The notes under the pieces are model-generated. The model ran no database searches and was not told where the DNA came from. It saw only the letters and a list, made by a program, of their open reading frames with translations. The position numbers and the translations under genes are program-made. Positions 12,670-22,684 of a stretch of 35,337 nucleotides of DNA are shown here, piece by piece. Source of the stretch: Chiloscyllium plagiosum (taxonomy: Eukaryota); NCBI RefSeq assembly GCF_004010195.1, contig NC_057718.1, positions 32,752,133-32,787,469 on the forward strand. Direction: 5' to 3'. Each line of letters opens with the position of its first letter. The first letter of the stretch is position 1.

Positions 12670-12834
12670 TTTTTTTTTATTATTACCCCCACATTACCGC
12701 CTAACTTATTTATTCCCCCGCACCCATGTTGTGTGTGTGCAGGTGTGAGACACAGTGAAAGACACAAGGTGCATGAATCTTTATTCAAATTTCCACCACC
12801 AGGAAGAAAGGAAACACCCAAGTGGCCAGTGACA
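12670..12834 (-). mobile_element. Tx1-like 3' UTR insertion, 5'-truncated
   Basis: Homologous to 12305-12484; followed by GACACTCTTGGTTTTAT. Confidence 0.75.
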
Positions 12835-12891
12835 CTCTTGGTTTTATTTTTTTTTATTTTTTTGAACAGAACCCCTGACCCTTCTGTTTAT

Positions 12892-13103
12892 TTTTTTCTA
12901 GTACTTATTTATTCCCCTGCACCCATGTTGTGTGTGTGCAGGTTTGAGACACAGTGAAAGACACAAGGTGCATGAATCTTTAATCAAATTTCCACCACTA
13001 GGAAGAAAGGAAACACCCGAGTGGCCAGTGACAAGCAGTGCCCTAGACAAAAGGCAATGCGCTGTGATCAAACAGTGAAGGGGAGGGCAGGGATTAAATC
13101 AAA
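12892..13103 (-). mobile_element. Tx1-like 3' UTR insertion, 5'-truncated near the ORF2 stop
   Basis: Homologous to 12351-12484 and 12028-12143; followed by ACACTCCTGGTTTTAT. Confidence 0.75.
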
Positions 13104-13119
13104 ACACTCCTGGTTTTAT

Positions 13120-13322
13120 ATTTTATTAAACAAATTACAAAAACAGTTTACAACAAACAGTTACATTTACAGCTACATACAAGAGACAGCAATTTTACAA
13201 GGGAGAGGAGCAGCAAAGCCAGGCCCCAAACCCTACCATTCAAACAGTTTACAGGGACATGAGGACAAACCTCAAATCCCAGTTTCACAAAGATATAAGG
13301 AGACAACAGCAGTGACAGTTGT
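13120..13322 (-). mobile_element. Unrelated ~200-bp insertion at the same target, probably the 3' UTR of a second non-LTR family
   Basis: Flanked by CACTCCTGGTTTTA on both sides; minus strand is T/G-rich and ends in AATAAAA. Confidence 0.55.
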
Positions 13323-13437
13323 CACTCCTGGTTTTAATCTGTTAGCCAGGGCTCCCTGATTGGACCAGATTAACAATCCCAATCAGGGAACTCAATTTCT
13401 ATTAGGATCAGCTGGCTGACTTCATTAACGCACTATA

Positions 13438-13450
13438 TCTCTCCCCCTTT
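13438..13450 (-). promoter_or_regulatory. Polypurine tract of the Gypsy element
   Basis: Minus strand AAAGGGGGAGAGA directly before the 3' LTR. Confidence 0.75.
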
Positions 13451-14312
13451 GAGTCTGAAGACAGGGGCCGGTACTTTTTCTTGGAGGACCTCCTGGAGTG
13501 TTTTCGTATGGGCTCAGGTTCCTCTGCCTCAGTGTCTGTTACAGGTGGAGTGTAACGCACGGGAGCTCCTCCCTTGTGCGAGGAGTGCCTTGGTGGAATT
13601 TCACGTCCGTTGGCAAAGGTGTCCAGGTGGCTCTATCCATCATGTCCATCTCTGATTCTGAGGACCCAACAACGCTGGATGGAGAGAGTGAATCCATGGG
13701 TTCTAGCAGCATTTCTGAATGTTCCAAGGAGCCGGGCACATCTTGCTTCACTACTACTTGCAAATTTGCAGCTTTTATATGGTCCATGTGCTTGCACAGG
13801 ACCATCGCACCTACCTAAGCTTTATATGTCACTGGTCCTGACCTCATGTCGACCATGCCTCTTACCCACAGCGATTCTTACACCAAACCTTGTCCCCTGT
13901 ATCAAACTGTCTCTCTCGCTTGGAATCTTGGGTACAGCATTGGCGTTCCTTATACCATTTCACCCTTCCATCCAGGTCCGGGTAGATTAGACTTAACCTG
14001 GTTCTGCCCATCAGTAACTCTGCTGGTGCTATCCCTGTAGTTGCATGGGGAGTCGTCCCATAATCAGGACAGTTTGGTATCTAGTGAGGCTGTAGGCTGA
14101 AAACAACAAATACTGGAGATGACAGCGAGTCAGGCAGCATCCATGGAGAGAGAGAGCAAGCTAATGTTTTGAGTCTAGATAACTCTTCATCAGAGCTGAC
14201 ATGAAGTGTGGAGGAGGCAGCATTTATGCAATAGTGAAGGGGAGTAGAGGAATGTTGGGCAGAAATGATGCTGATTAAATGATTGGAATGTGAGAATGGC
14301 AGAACATTGGTG

Positions 14313-14436
14313 GATCAGTGGTGCTGGAAGAGCACAGCAATTCAGGCAGCATCCAAGGACAGGCAAAATCGATGTTTCGGGCAAAAGCCCTTCCAGAATC
14401 TGGTTTCCAGCATCTGCAGTCATTGTTTTTACCTCT
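14313..14436. mobile_element. Short Penelope pLTR insertion (family A-related) with inverted 5' half and 12-bp TSD
   Basis: AGAACATTGGTG at 14301-14312 and 14437-14448; 14313-14393 is minus, 14394-14436 is plus. Confidence 0.8.
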
Positions 14437-14570
14437 AGAACATTGGTGTGTCTAACTGACAGACTGGAAAGGACAGACTGTCCCACTGGGGTGGGGGAAG
14501 GAGAGAGGGGATACTGTGACAGAGAATGTAACAAGCAAAGCTCAAAGAAAGGGAAGGAATGGGAGTGGGT

Positions 14571-14900
14571 TCACAATCTGAAGGTGTTGAATTCAATATT
14601 AAGCCCAGAAGGCTGTGAAGTGCCTAGTCTGTAGATGAGATGTTGTTTCTCCAGTTTGTGCTGTAATTCACTGGAACACTGCAGTATGCCTAGGACAGAC
14701 ATGCGGGCATGTGAACAGGATGCTGTATTAAAATAACCAGCAACTGGAAGGTCAGGGTACTGCTTACACACAGACCGGAGGTGTTCGGCAAAGTGGTCAC
14801 CCTGTCTGTGTTTGGTCTCTCCAATGTAGAGTAGGCCACATTGGGTGCAGTGAACCCAATACACAAGATAGGAGGATGTCCCGGTGAAATGCTGCTTCAC
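14571..14900 (-). pseudogene. GIY-YIG endonuclease domain of the Penelope-like element
   Basis: LVYWVHCTQCGLLYIGETK...FAEH...GTSQPSGLN; open over 109 aa but detached from the RT by frameshifts. Confidence 0.9.
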
Positions 14901-16399
14901 CTGGAAAAACTGTTCAGGCCCTTGGATGGTGAGCAGGGAGGAGGTGAAGGGGCAGGTGTTGCACCTTCTGCAGTTACATGGGAAGGCGCCGTGGGAAGGG
15001 GGATATTCTTAATTGTTGAAGAATGAACTAGGATATTCCAAAGGGAACGATACCTGTGAAGTGCAGACAGGGAGAGTGAGGGAAAGATGTGTTTGGTGGT
15101 GGCATTCTGCTGGAATTGTCTGAAATGGCAGAGAATGATGCTTTAAGGCAAAGGCTGGCGGGATGAAAAGTGAGAACTCGGGGACCTTGATCATGCTGTT
15201 GTGAGTGATGGGAAGGGGTAAGGCAGAAGCACGGGGGTGATAGGTCAGATACGGTGAGGGCCCTGTCAACCACAGTGGGAGGGAAACCACAGTAATGGAA
15301 GAAGGAAGCCATGTCAGCCGCGCTGTTATAGAAGATGGCATCATCCAGAGAGATGCGAAGTAGGCGAAGGAATTGGGAGAATGGGATGGAGTCCTTGCGG
15401 GATGTGGGGTGAGAACAGCTGTTGTGACGGTAGCTATGGGAGTCTGTGACTTTGTAGTGGATGACTGTAGATGCTGTAGGCTGCTTCTTCAAGCCTGCCT
15501 TCAGAGATGGACTGCTCTTTCTGTCAGGCCATTGGTTGATGGGTGGTATGGAGTTGTCTTATATGTCGAATCCCATTCAACTTTAAGAAATAACCAAACT
15601 CCCTTCTGGTAAATAATGGCTTGTTATCTGCGACCAACACTTCCGGGACTCTGTGTATTGAAAACAATGCGCACAGTTTTCCTATTGTCACTCCAGTGTT
15701 TGATGAATGGACCCTATGTGCACCCAGTTCACTTTACTGTGCATCTACAATGACTAAGAACATTGAACCCATGAAAGGACCTGTGCAGTCAACTTGCAAC
15801 CAAGGCTAAGGTTTACTCAGCCACCCCCACAGATGTAGGGGAGCTGCTAGTAGTAATTTTTGTCTTTGTTGGCACTCTGGGCCCTGCCCCATTAAGTGAC
15901 TATGCCTACATCCAAGCCTGGCCACCAGACACAACTTTTCACTAATATCTTAAATTTATAAACCCTTGGATGGTGCTCGTAACAATTATTACTGTTACTC
16001 CCCATAACAATATGCCGTCCTCTACTGTGAGCTGGTCTCTCCAGGTCCACAAAGGTTTCAGTTCGAGTTGTGATGGATCTTTGGTATCCCCCATTAATAC
16101 TGGTTGTTTCTGTTTCAAAAGAACTGGATCTTTCTGCATCCAAAAGGCTGGTATTGTCAACTGTGACTGGGAGCATATCCAGAAAATTTAATATCATTAC
16201 TAATTTTCCCATCGCAGGAACCATCGGTGGTGTATCTGCAAATGGGAGATGGCTCAATGCATCTGTATTTGCTACTTGACCTCCTGGATTGTGTTCTAAT
16301 TTGTAATTATAAGCCCTTAGTATTAGAACTCACCACTGAAAGTGGCCTAAAGCTATGGATGACACTGCCTTAAGCAGACCCAGGGGTTTGTGGTATGTG

Positions 16400-17396
16400 A
16401 TGTATTTGGAAAGGCAAGAATTGATTAGGGGTATTCAACATGGCTTTGTGCATGGGAAATCATGTCTCACAAACTTGATTGAGTTTTTTGAAGAAGTAAC
16501 AAAGAAGATTGATGAGGGCAGAACAGTAGATATGATCTATATGGACTTCAGTAAGGTGTTTGACAAGGTTCCCCATGGGAGACTGATTAGCAAGGTTAGA
16601 TCTCATGGAATACAGGGAGAANNNNNNNNNNNNNNNNNNNNNNNNNNNNNNNNNNNNNNNNNNNNNNNNNNNNNNNNNNNNNNNNNNNNNNNNNNNNNNN
16701 NNNNNNNNNNNNNNNNNNNNNNNNNNNNNNNNNNNNNNNNACTTTGGAGTGCAGGTCCATAGCTCCTTGAAAGTGGAGTCACAGGTAGATAGGATAGTGA
16801 AGAAGTCATTTGGTATGCTTTCATTTATTGGTCAGAGTATTGAGTACAGGAGTTGGGAGGTCATGTTGCGGCTGTACAGGACATTGGTTAGGCCACTGTT
16901 GGAATATTGCGTGCAACTCTGGTCTCCTTCCTATTGGAAAGATGTTGTGAAACTTGAAAGGGTTCAGAAAAGATTTACAAGGATGTGGCCAGGGCTGAAC
17001 AGGCTGGGGCTGTTTTCCCTGGAGGCTGAGGGGTGACCTTATAGAGGTTTATAAAATTATGAGGGGCATGGATAGGATAAATAGACAATTTTCCCTGGGA
17101 TCCGGGAGTCCAGAACTAGAGGGCATAGGTTTAGGGTGAGAGGGGAAAGATATAAAAGAGACCTAAGAGGCAACCTTTTCACGCAGAGGGTAGTGAGCTG
17201 CCAGAGGATGTGGTGGAGGCTGGTACAATCGCAACATTTAAGAGGCATTTGGATGGGTATATGAATAGGAAGGGTTTGGAGGGATATGGGCCAGGTGCTG
17301 GCAGGTGGGACTAATTGGGTTGGGATATCTGGTCGGCATGGACAGGTTGGACTGAAGGGTCTGTTTCCATGCTGTACATCTTTATGACTCTATGAC
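16400..17396 (+). mobile_element. CR1 LINE RT 3' part inserted into Gypsy RNase H
   Basis: [47 protein letters not shown]; (ACTCTATG)n tail. Confidence 0.95.
16622..16740. other. Assembly gap (N run)
   Basis: Run of n bases inside the CR1 copy. Confidence 1.
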
Positions 17397-17644
17397 TATC
17401 ACAAATTTTCATCCATAAATGAAGGACCACCAATCCATTTAGTATCTTGGCATATTTACGCTATGCATTAGCCAATATCCTGGATGCATAAGTTTTGGGT
17501 GTTCCTCTCCATTGGGTACCTATGAGCTAATACCATCCTGATGCTGTACAGAAAGGTCATAGCATGCAAACATTTTAGAGGGTTATAGGTGTTTCTTTAT
17601 TTCATTGAAAGCTAAGCCTTGTCTCAGTGGCCATTTCCAAGGCT

Positions 17645-17842
17645 GACCTTTTATTTACACATGAACAGTCCTTGACTTTATTATTGCCACATACAGAGTC
17701 AGGTACCGGAGTGTCAGTATCTCTGATACTCACCCTTTTTATACGTCAGCCAGGACTCCCTGATTGGACCAGATTTACAGCCCCAATCAGGGAACTCATA
17801 CTCTATGATGTACAGCTGGCTGACCTTGTTACAATCATGACA
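17645..17842 (-). mobile_element. Gypsy LTR, subfamily A, uninterrupted at the TATA-like site
   Basis: Ends ATCATGACA; CCAAT boxes on both strands (CTGATTGG, CCAATCAG); minus-strand TATAAAAA at 17736-17743. Confidence 0.8.
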
Positions 17843-17869
17843 GGGGAGGCCTTCACCCATGGTTACTTA

Positions 17870-18175
17870 ATCAGGAACTTTCCGGAGACTTGAGGCAGAA
17901 ATTGTGAGTCACCTGTCTTCGACAGCCATCTTGGCAGTCCAGTTGATGCTCACTTTTGTGCCAAAAGAAAGTTCCAGAAAATAAAACCACAAAAGGTCTA
18001 ATATCATTACAGACTCTTCCATTGGGGGTACCACCAGTGGTGTATCTGCTAAAGGGAGGTAGCTCAATGCATCCATATTTGCTACTTGGACTCCTGAACA
18101 GTTCCAACATATAACAGTGAGCACTTAGGATCAGAGCCCACTGCTGAAAGTGGCCTGAAGCTAACGTAACAGGAC
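17870..18175 (-). mobile_element. Second Gypsy RNase H-integrase linker fragment
   Basis: VANMDALSYLPLADTP; paralogous to ~16110-16354. Confidence 0.85.
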
Positions 18176-18872
18176 ATGCCTTTTGGGGCCAAACAACTGT
18201 GCATTAGAAGTGGTCCATTTAAGATGTGCATTGTGCAGTAATCTTTGAGGGATTGTGCAATACAGCAAAAGGGTTGTACACAGAAAAGGAAAATTATAGA
18301 GAACATTGACTGAGAGCTCAAAGTTTTGAGGTTGAACAATTTGAACGAATAAATTGACTGATGTTACAAAGCCTTTCTAGCTGACTGGGGATTTGCCTCA
18401 CACGTGGGATTACACAATTTATGTGGGGGGGCTTGCTGATTTGCAGGTAATACATAACAGAAGTGGAAGCTCTCATTTAATAACATTGTTCGCTCAGAAA
18501 ATCTAAGCTGGAAAAGTATGTGGTTAGACACACAAATGAGTCATCAGCCTTGTCGGAGACAGCAAAGGCTGCTGATGTCTGCATTAAGCTTCCACAAGCT
18601 GTGTGAATGCAATGTATCATATATGGAAGCCCAAGGTAGCATAAGCCTGGATAAATCTTTGCAGTATTCCTTCAGTAATGAGAAAATGATTAATAGCGTC
18701 AAAGCCAAGTCTCTCCAGTCAGACTGTTTTTATAACTAGTAAACATGTAGAAGCTAGAGTGATAAAGCTCCTCAGTTTATAATTATGATGAAGCAACTTG
18801 CTAAGTCTTGTACTTCATATGTGTTGTAACCTGTACACATTCTTTGTGAGTGAGTGGGAATTTGTGTTACTT

Positions 18873-19250
18873 GTGGTTCACTGGTGGTAGATTTATCCCT
18901 GAGTCACAAGACTGTGGGTTTCGGTTCTATTCCAGCATGTAAGGACAAAAGCAAATCTAACATAGGCAGCACTGAGGGAATGCTGCCTTTTGGATGGGAT
19001 GTTAACCGGAGACCCAGTCTACCCTCTCAGCAGATCTAAAATATCCCATGGCACTATTCCAAAGCACAGCAGGGAAACTGTGCCCAGTGTCCTGGCCAAT
19101 ATTTATCCTTCAATTAATATTACAAAAAAAAGACTATCTAGTCATTATCGTGTTGTTGTTTGTGGGATTTTGTTGTGTGTAATTTGGCTACTATATTTCC
19201 AACATTGAAATCATGACCACATGCCAACATGACTCTATTGGCTGTTATGT
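18873..19250 (+). mobile_element. Deu-domain SINE (DeuSINE/SacSINE1-like)
   Basis: ATCCCATGGCACTATT...GTGTCCTGGCCAATATTTATCCTTCAA...GTTGTTTGTGGGA core with a tRNA-like head; paralog at 32610-33045. Confidence 0.8.
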
Positions 19251-19339
19251 CATTTCCCAAAGTTGGGAATGAAATATTCAGAAGATGTGGGAAGGAAGAG
19301 GTGGAGGGCCAGCTTTATTAGGATAGGATGAAATAATTC

Positions 19340-20515
19340 TTTTCTTTTTCTTCTCCTACTTTGGCAGTCTCTCAGGATCGAGGATGACTTGCTTCCGCTC
19401 TGGGCAGACGCTGGATGGTTCAATTCTGCAGCTGCGGGCCCTGCCACTGAAAGGGCAGAGAGTCCCAGGGATACTGGATATTGGGCATTCTTTCTTCTCC
19501 TTGCAGTTGGCCTCCACATGCCTCACTCGGTGATGCTGAAAGTGGGGAGTGCCTTTGCGGATGCTTTTTCTCCAGTTTGTGTTGGAAGACAAGAGATTCC
19601 CATGTGTCAGTGGGGATGCTGCAGTTGTTTAAGAAAGCAGTCAGGATGTCCTTGTGGTGTTTCCTTTGCCCTCCTAGTGATTGCTTGACTGTGCAGTTTG
19701 GCGGAGAGCATTAGTTTAAGGTGTCTTCCATCTGGCATAGGGACAATGTGGCCTGCCCACTGCAGCTGGTCATGGGTGACCTGTGCCTCAATACTGAAGC
19801 TCTTGGTCTGGGAGAGGGTTCTCATGTTGGTACACTAATCCTGCCCTGTTGATTTGCAGGATTTTGCAAAGGCAGTGCTGGTGAAAACTCTCCAAGGATT
19901 GGAGGTGACTACTGTACGTGGTCCATGTTTATGATGCATACAGGAGGATGGAGACCACCAACTGCTCTGTAGACCATGAGCCTGGTGATGGGTTTGAGGT
20001 CTCAGACCTCATATACTCTGTTCCTCTGGCATCCAAAGGCTACACTGACAGATTGGAGACAATGTTGGATTTCACAATCAATGGTTGCTCACACCAACAG
20101 GGGCTCCCAAGGAACAGGAAATTGTCCAGGGGCTTGCCTTCAACTTTGATGGACGGGGTTAGTGTTGTGTGCCAGGAGTGGACAGGCAGAGAACATTATT
20201 TTCTGGATATTTATTTTGAGGCTCATTCTTTCTTAAGCCTTAGTGAGTGTGTTTTTGATGGTTTGTAGCCCAGTCTCTGAGTGTGTTCATGTGCAGGCAT
20301 TGTCTATGTACTGCAACTCAATGACAGAGGTTGGAGCAGTCTTGGTTCTAGTCTAGAGGTATTGAGGCATTGAAGACTGAAAAGTTTCCCACTCATCCTG
20401 TAGGTTAGCCGAGTTCTGGTAAAGAGCTTCGTGGAGGTGGGGGTGAAGTGTTTCGGCAAGGAGGTTAGACAAAGAGCAATTGGTATAATGACATAGCCTT
20501 GCTTAACCCAGTTTT
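19340..20515 (-). mobile_element. RTE-clade LINE RT 3' half (degraded)
   Basis: VKQG at ~20500, VIELQYIDNA, QLQWAGHIVPMPDGR. Confidence 0.85.
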
Positions 20516-20814
20516 CTGCATTCTTCTGTTAATTGTTTACTGACAGACAATATACAACCAAAACAATCTCCAAGAGAACATTGTCTCAGTTTTGAGTGAA
20601 GGCCACTAACCTTACAGAAACACTGTGAGTTAAGTCAAATTCTCACTCTCACCTCTTGACATTGAAACTGAAATGGGATACTACATTTTCAAAAGTGGAT
20701 CCACCAGATCTTTTACACTGAGGATTCTAGACACTTCTGTTTCTTGTGACAATCACAATGATTTTTTGCCAATGATTGAATGGTGTTTCAGAGCAGGACA
20801 TCAATCAGCTTATT

Positions 20815-21065
20815 GTGGCTGAGCCACTGTTTAGCAAAGCTAGTCAATCAGTAATTCCCCTGCAAATTCCCAAAGAGTCTTGCAATTGTTTTCCCCATAA
20901 GTATCTATTTAATTCCCTTTTGAAATTTACTGTTGAATCTGCTTCCACCACCCTTTTGGGAAATACATTCCAGATCATAATAACTACTGTTAAAAAAATG
21001 TTTCCTCATGTCACATTGGACTCTTTTGCACGCACCTTAATTGTTCAACCTCTGTTTGTTGATCC
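20815..21065 (-). mobile_element. Old CR1 3' fragment
   Basis: Minus strand resembles ...WNVFPKRVVEADSTVNFKRELNKYL. Confidence 0.7.
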
Positions 21066-22684
21066 TTCTATAACCAGAGGCATGGAAACTGGAATCAGCT
21101 ACTGGAACAAAGTTTCTTCTTGCTGGGCATAATTTTCATCTTGTTGAGGTGGTCAGAACAATGGTGGGCATTATGAATTATTCAGATTGGATCCAAATAG
21201 CAAATTCTTGTCGTTGAGTTGTTGCAATTAAATCCATCCTCCTCATATATTGAGCTCAATTTCTTACCATTAGATCATGAGAGGGCTACGTGCATGTGTT
21301 TTATTGTCTTAATTGCTGAAATTAACTTCACCCCTCACAATTCACCTCTCCACAGCCAAGGTACTTGACATTTCAGAAAGTCAACTGCATCAACCAAGCA
21401 GTGTCTGCTGAGTTGTGATCTATGTTTCCCGTCCCAGGTGAGTAAAGAGGTTTTGTGGCTATTTCTCATTTGCTACAACTGCAATACATGCCTTATTGTG
21501 GACTAAGGCACAACATCTCTCTGGGTTATCCCTCCACCCAACTAAGCAATGCCAACTTGCCAGCATCAGCAAGTTGGTTTTTGTAAGGAGGGTGTGTTAG
21601 CAGCTTTTCCCTAATAGGTTTCACCTTAGCACAGGAGGAAAGACAGCTTGTAGGAAATGGTGAAGAGAAAATGAGAATGGGGCAGTAACATGATAGTGAG
21701 GGTACTGAAATACATCAATATTGGAGGTGGTGCATGTGCTAGCAGCTAACACAGCAAACACACTGCAGGTATTTGAAGAGCATGGTACTATGTGAAAGGT
21801 AAAGACAGCACATGCTTAGTTAACATGAGAATGGACTGCAGTCAGTCAGGGGTTACCACCACAGTCACTCCTGGGGCTAGGCCATTTCAAGTCTGGTGGG
21901 GAGTTGGCCACAGCCAGTCAAGTGGTTTGTTTAAAGAAGTTGGGGATCTGCACTATTGTAATTCTGTGATTGTACCACTGTCAGCCCTTGCAATTAAACA
22001 AAATATGTCTAAGCCTTGCTGGTCAGTGAATCAGAGTCTTTTTGCAACATCAGTCTGGGGTGTGAGTTGCAGCCAGTCTTGAACATGCATCATTCATACA
22101 ATGGTTTTTTTTTTAACGTCACTCCATGGCATTGTTGAGGCTGAGGACAGCTCAAGTCTCAGGATAGGCATCATTGTATTCAGTAACTGAGGGAATGGTT
22201 TCATTGATTCGGGCCCATTGTAGATAGAAGGTTATTGACAGTGACTGGACAGTCTCAAAGGGGGCGTCAAAACAAGTCATGGCCACCCTGATCTCAACCT
22301 AAGGAGGGTGCAAAATTCAGGAAAGGTGGCACCACTTCAATAATCAGGGGCTTTGGGGGTAAAATGGGGAATTAATTGTCACATAAAGGGACTCAATCAA
22401 AACTGGGGGTGCGTGAACAGTAATCAGGATTGAATGGGGAAAGTAATTTGTGGGTCATAAGCAGAACCTTTAAGTCACTGCAGTGAATGTAAAGTTTAAA
22501 CCTCACTATATTGATCTGCAAATTAACTGCACAACATGGTTTCAATTTTGACAAAGCAGTAAATAATGTGGGAGGAAGGAACTGGTTTTCGAAAGAAGTT
22601 GGAGTTCAGAACTGGAACGTGAAACCTCCTTACGGGCCACCAAAGGTCTCCAATGCCAGTATCGCTTTCCTTACATAAAAGGAT

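Larger units (their letters stand above)
12531..13437 (-). mobile_element. Gypsy 3' LTR, subfamily B, split by stacked insertions at 12670-13322
   Basis: TGTAGT...CACTATA termini; 13323-13425 aligns with 17727-17830; adjacent polypurine tract. Confidence 0.8.
14100..15472 (-). mobile_element. Penelope-like element, 5'-truncated (RT thumb, GIY-YIG, pLTR), with 11-bp TSD
   Basis: TDSHSY...HPTSRKDSIPFSQFLRL; TSD GCTGTAGGCTG at 14089-14099 and 15473-15483; decayed hammerhead at 14163-14193. Confidence 0.92.
13451..17645 (-). mobile_element. Gypsy/Ty3 internal region: RT connection, RNase H, integrase (pseudogenised; contains PLE and CR1 insertions)
   Basis: YASRILAN, HKPL, RDQLTVEDGILLWG, KSCVWWPGLD, VDCTGPFMGSMFLVIVDA, TTPHATTG, KHMDHIK. 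Confidence 0.9.

Noticed and set aside
11996..13338. CRISPR-like or minisatellite reading of the recurring 16-bp motif
   Set aside because: The intervening segments vary from about 10 to 250 bp, are mutually homologous and poly(A)-led; the context is eukaryotic with no cas genes.
14571..14900. Domesticated standalone GIY-YIG gene
   Set aside because: It lies in a TSD-bounded, 5'-truncated, frameshifted PLE copy.
16622..16740. CR1 internal deletion (119 N versus about 390 bp in the paralog 34231-34619)
   Set aside because: Gap length is only an assembly estimate.
21840..22050. LTR-like segment with GTCACTCCTGG resembling the Tx1 target
   Set aside because: It lacks the TTTTAT half, has no insertion and shows no clear LTR boundaries.
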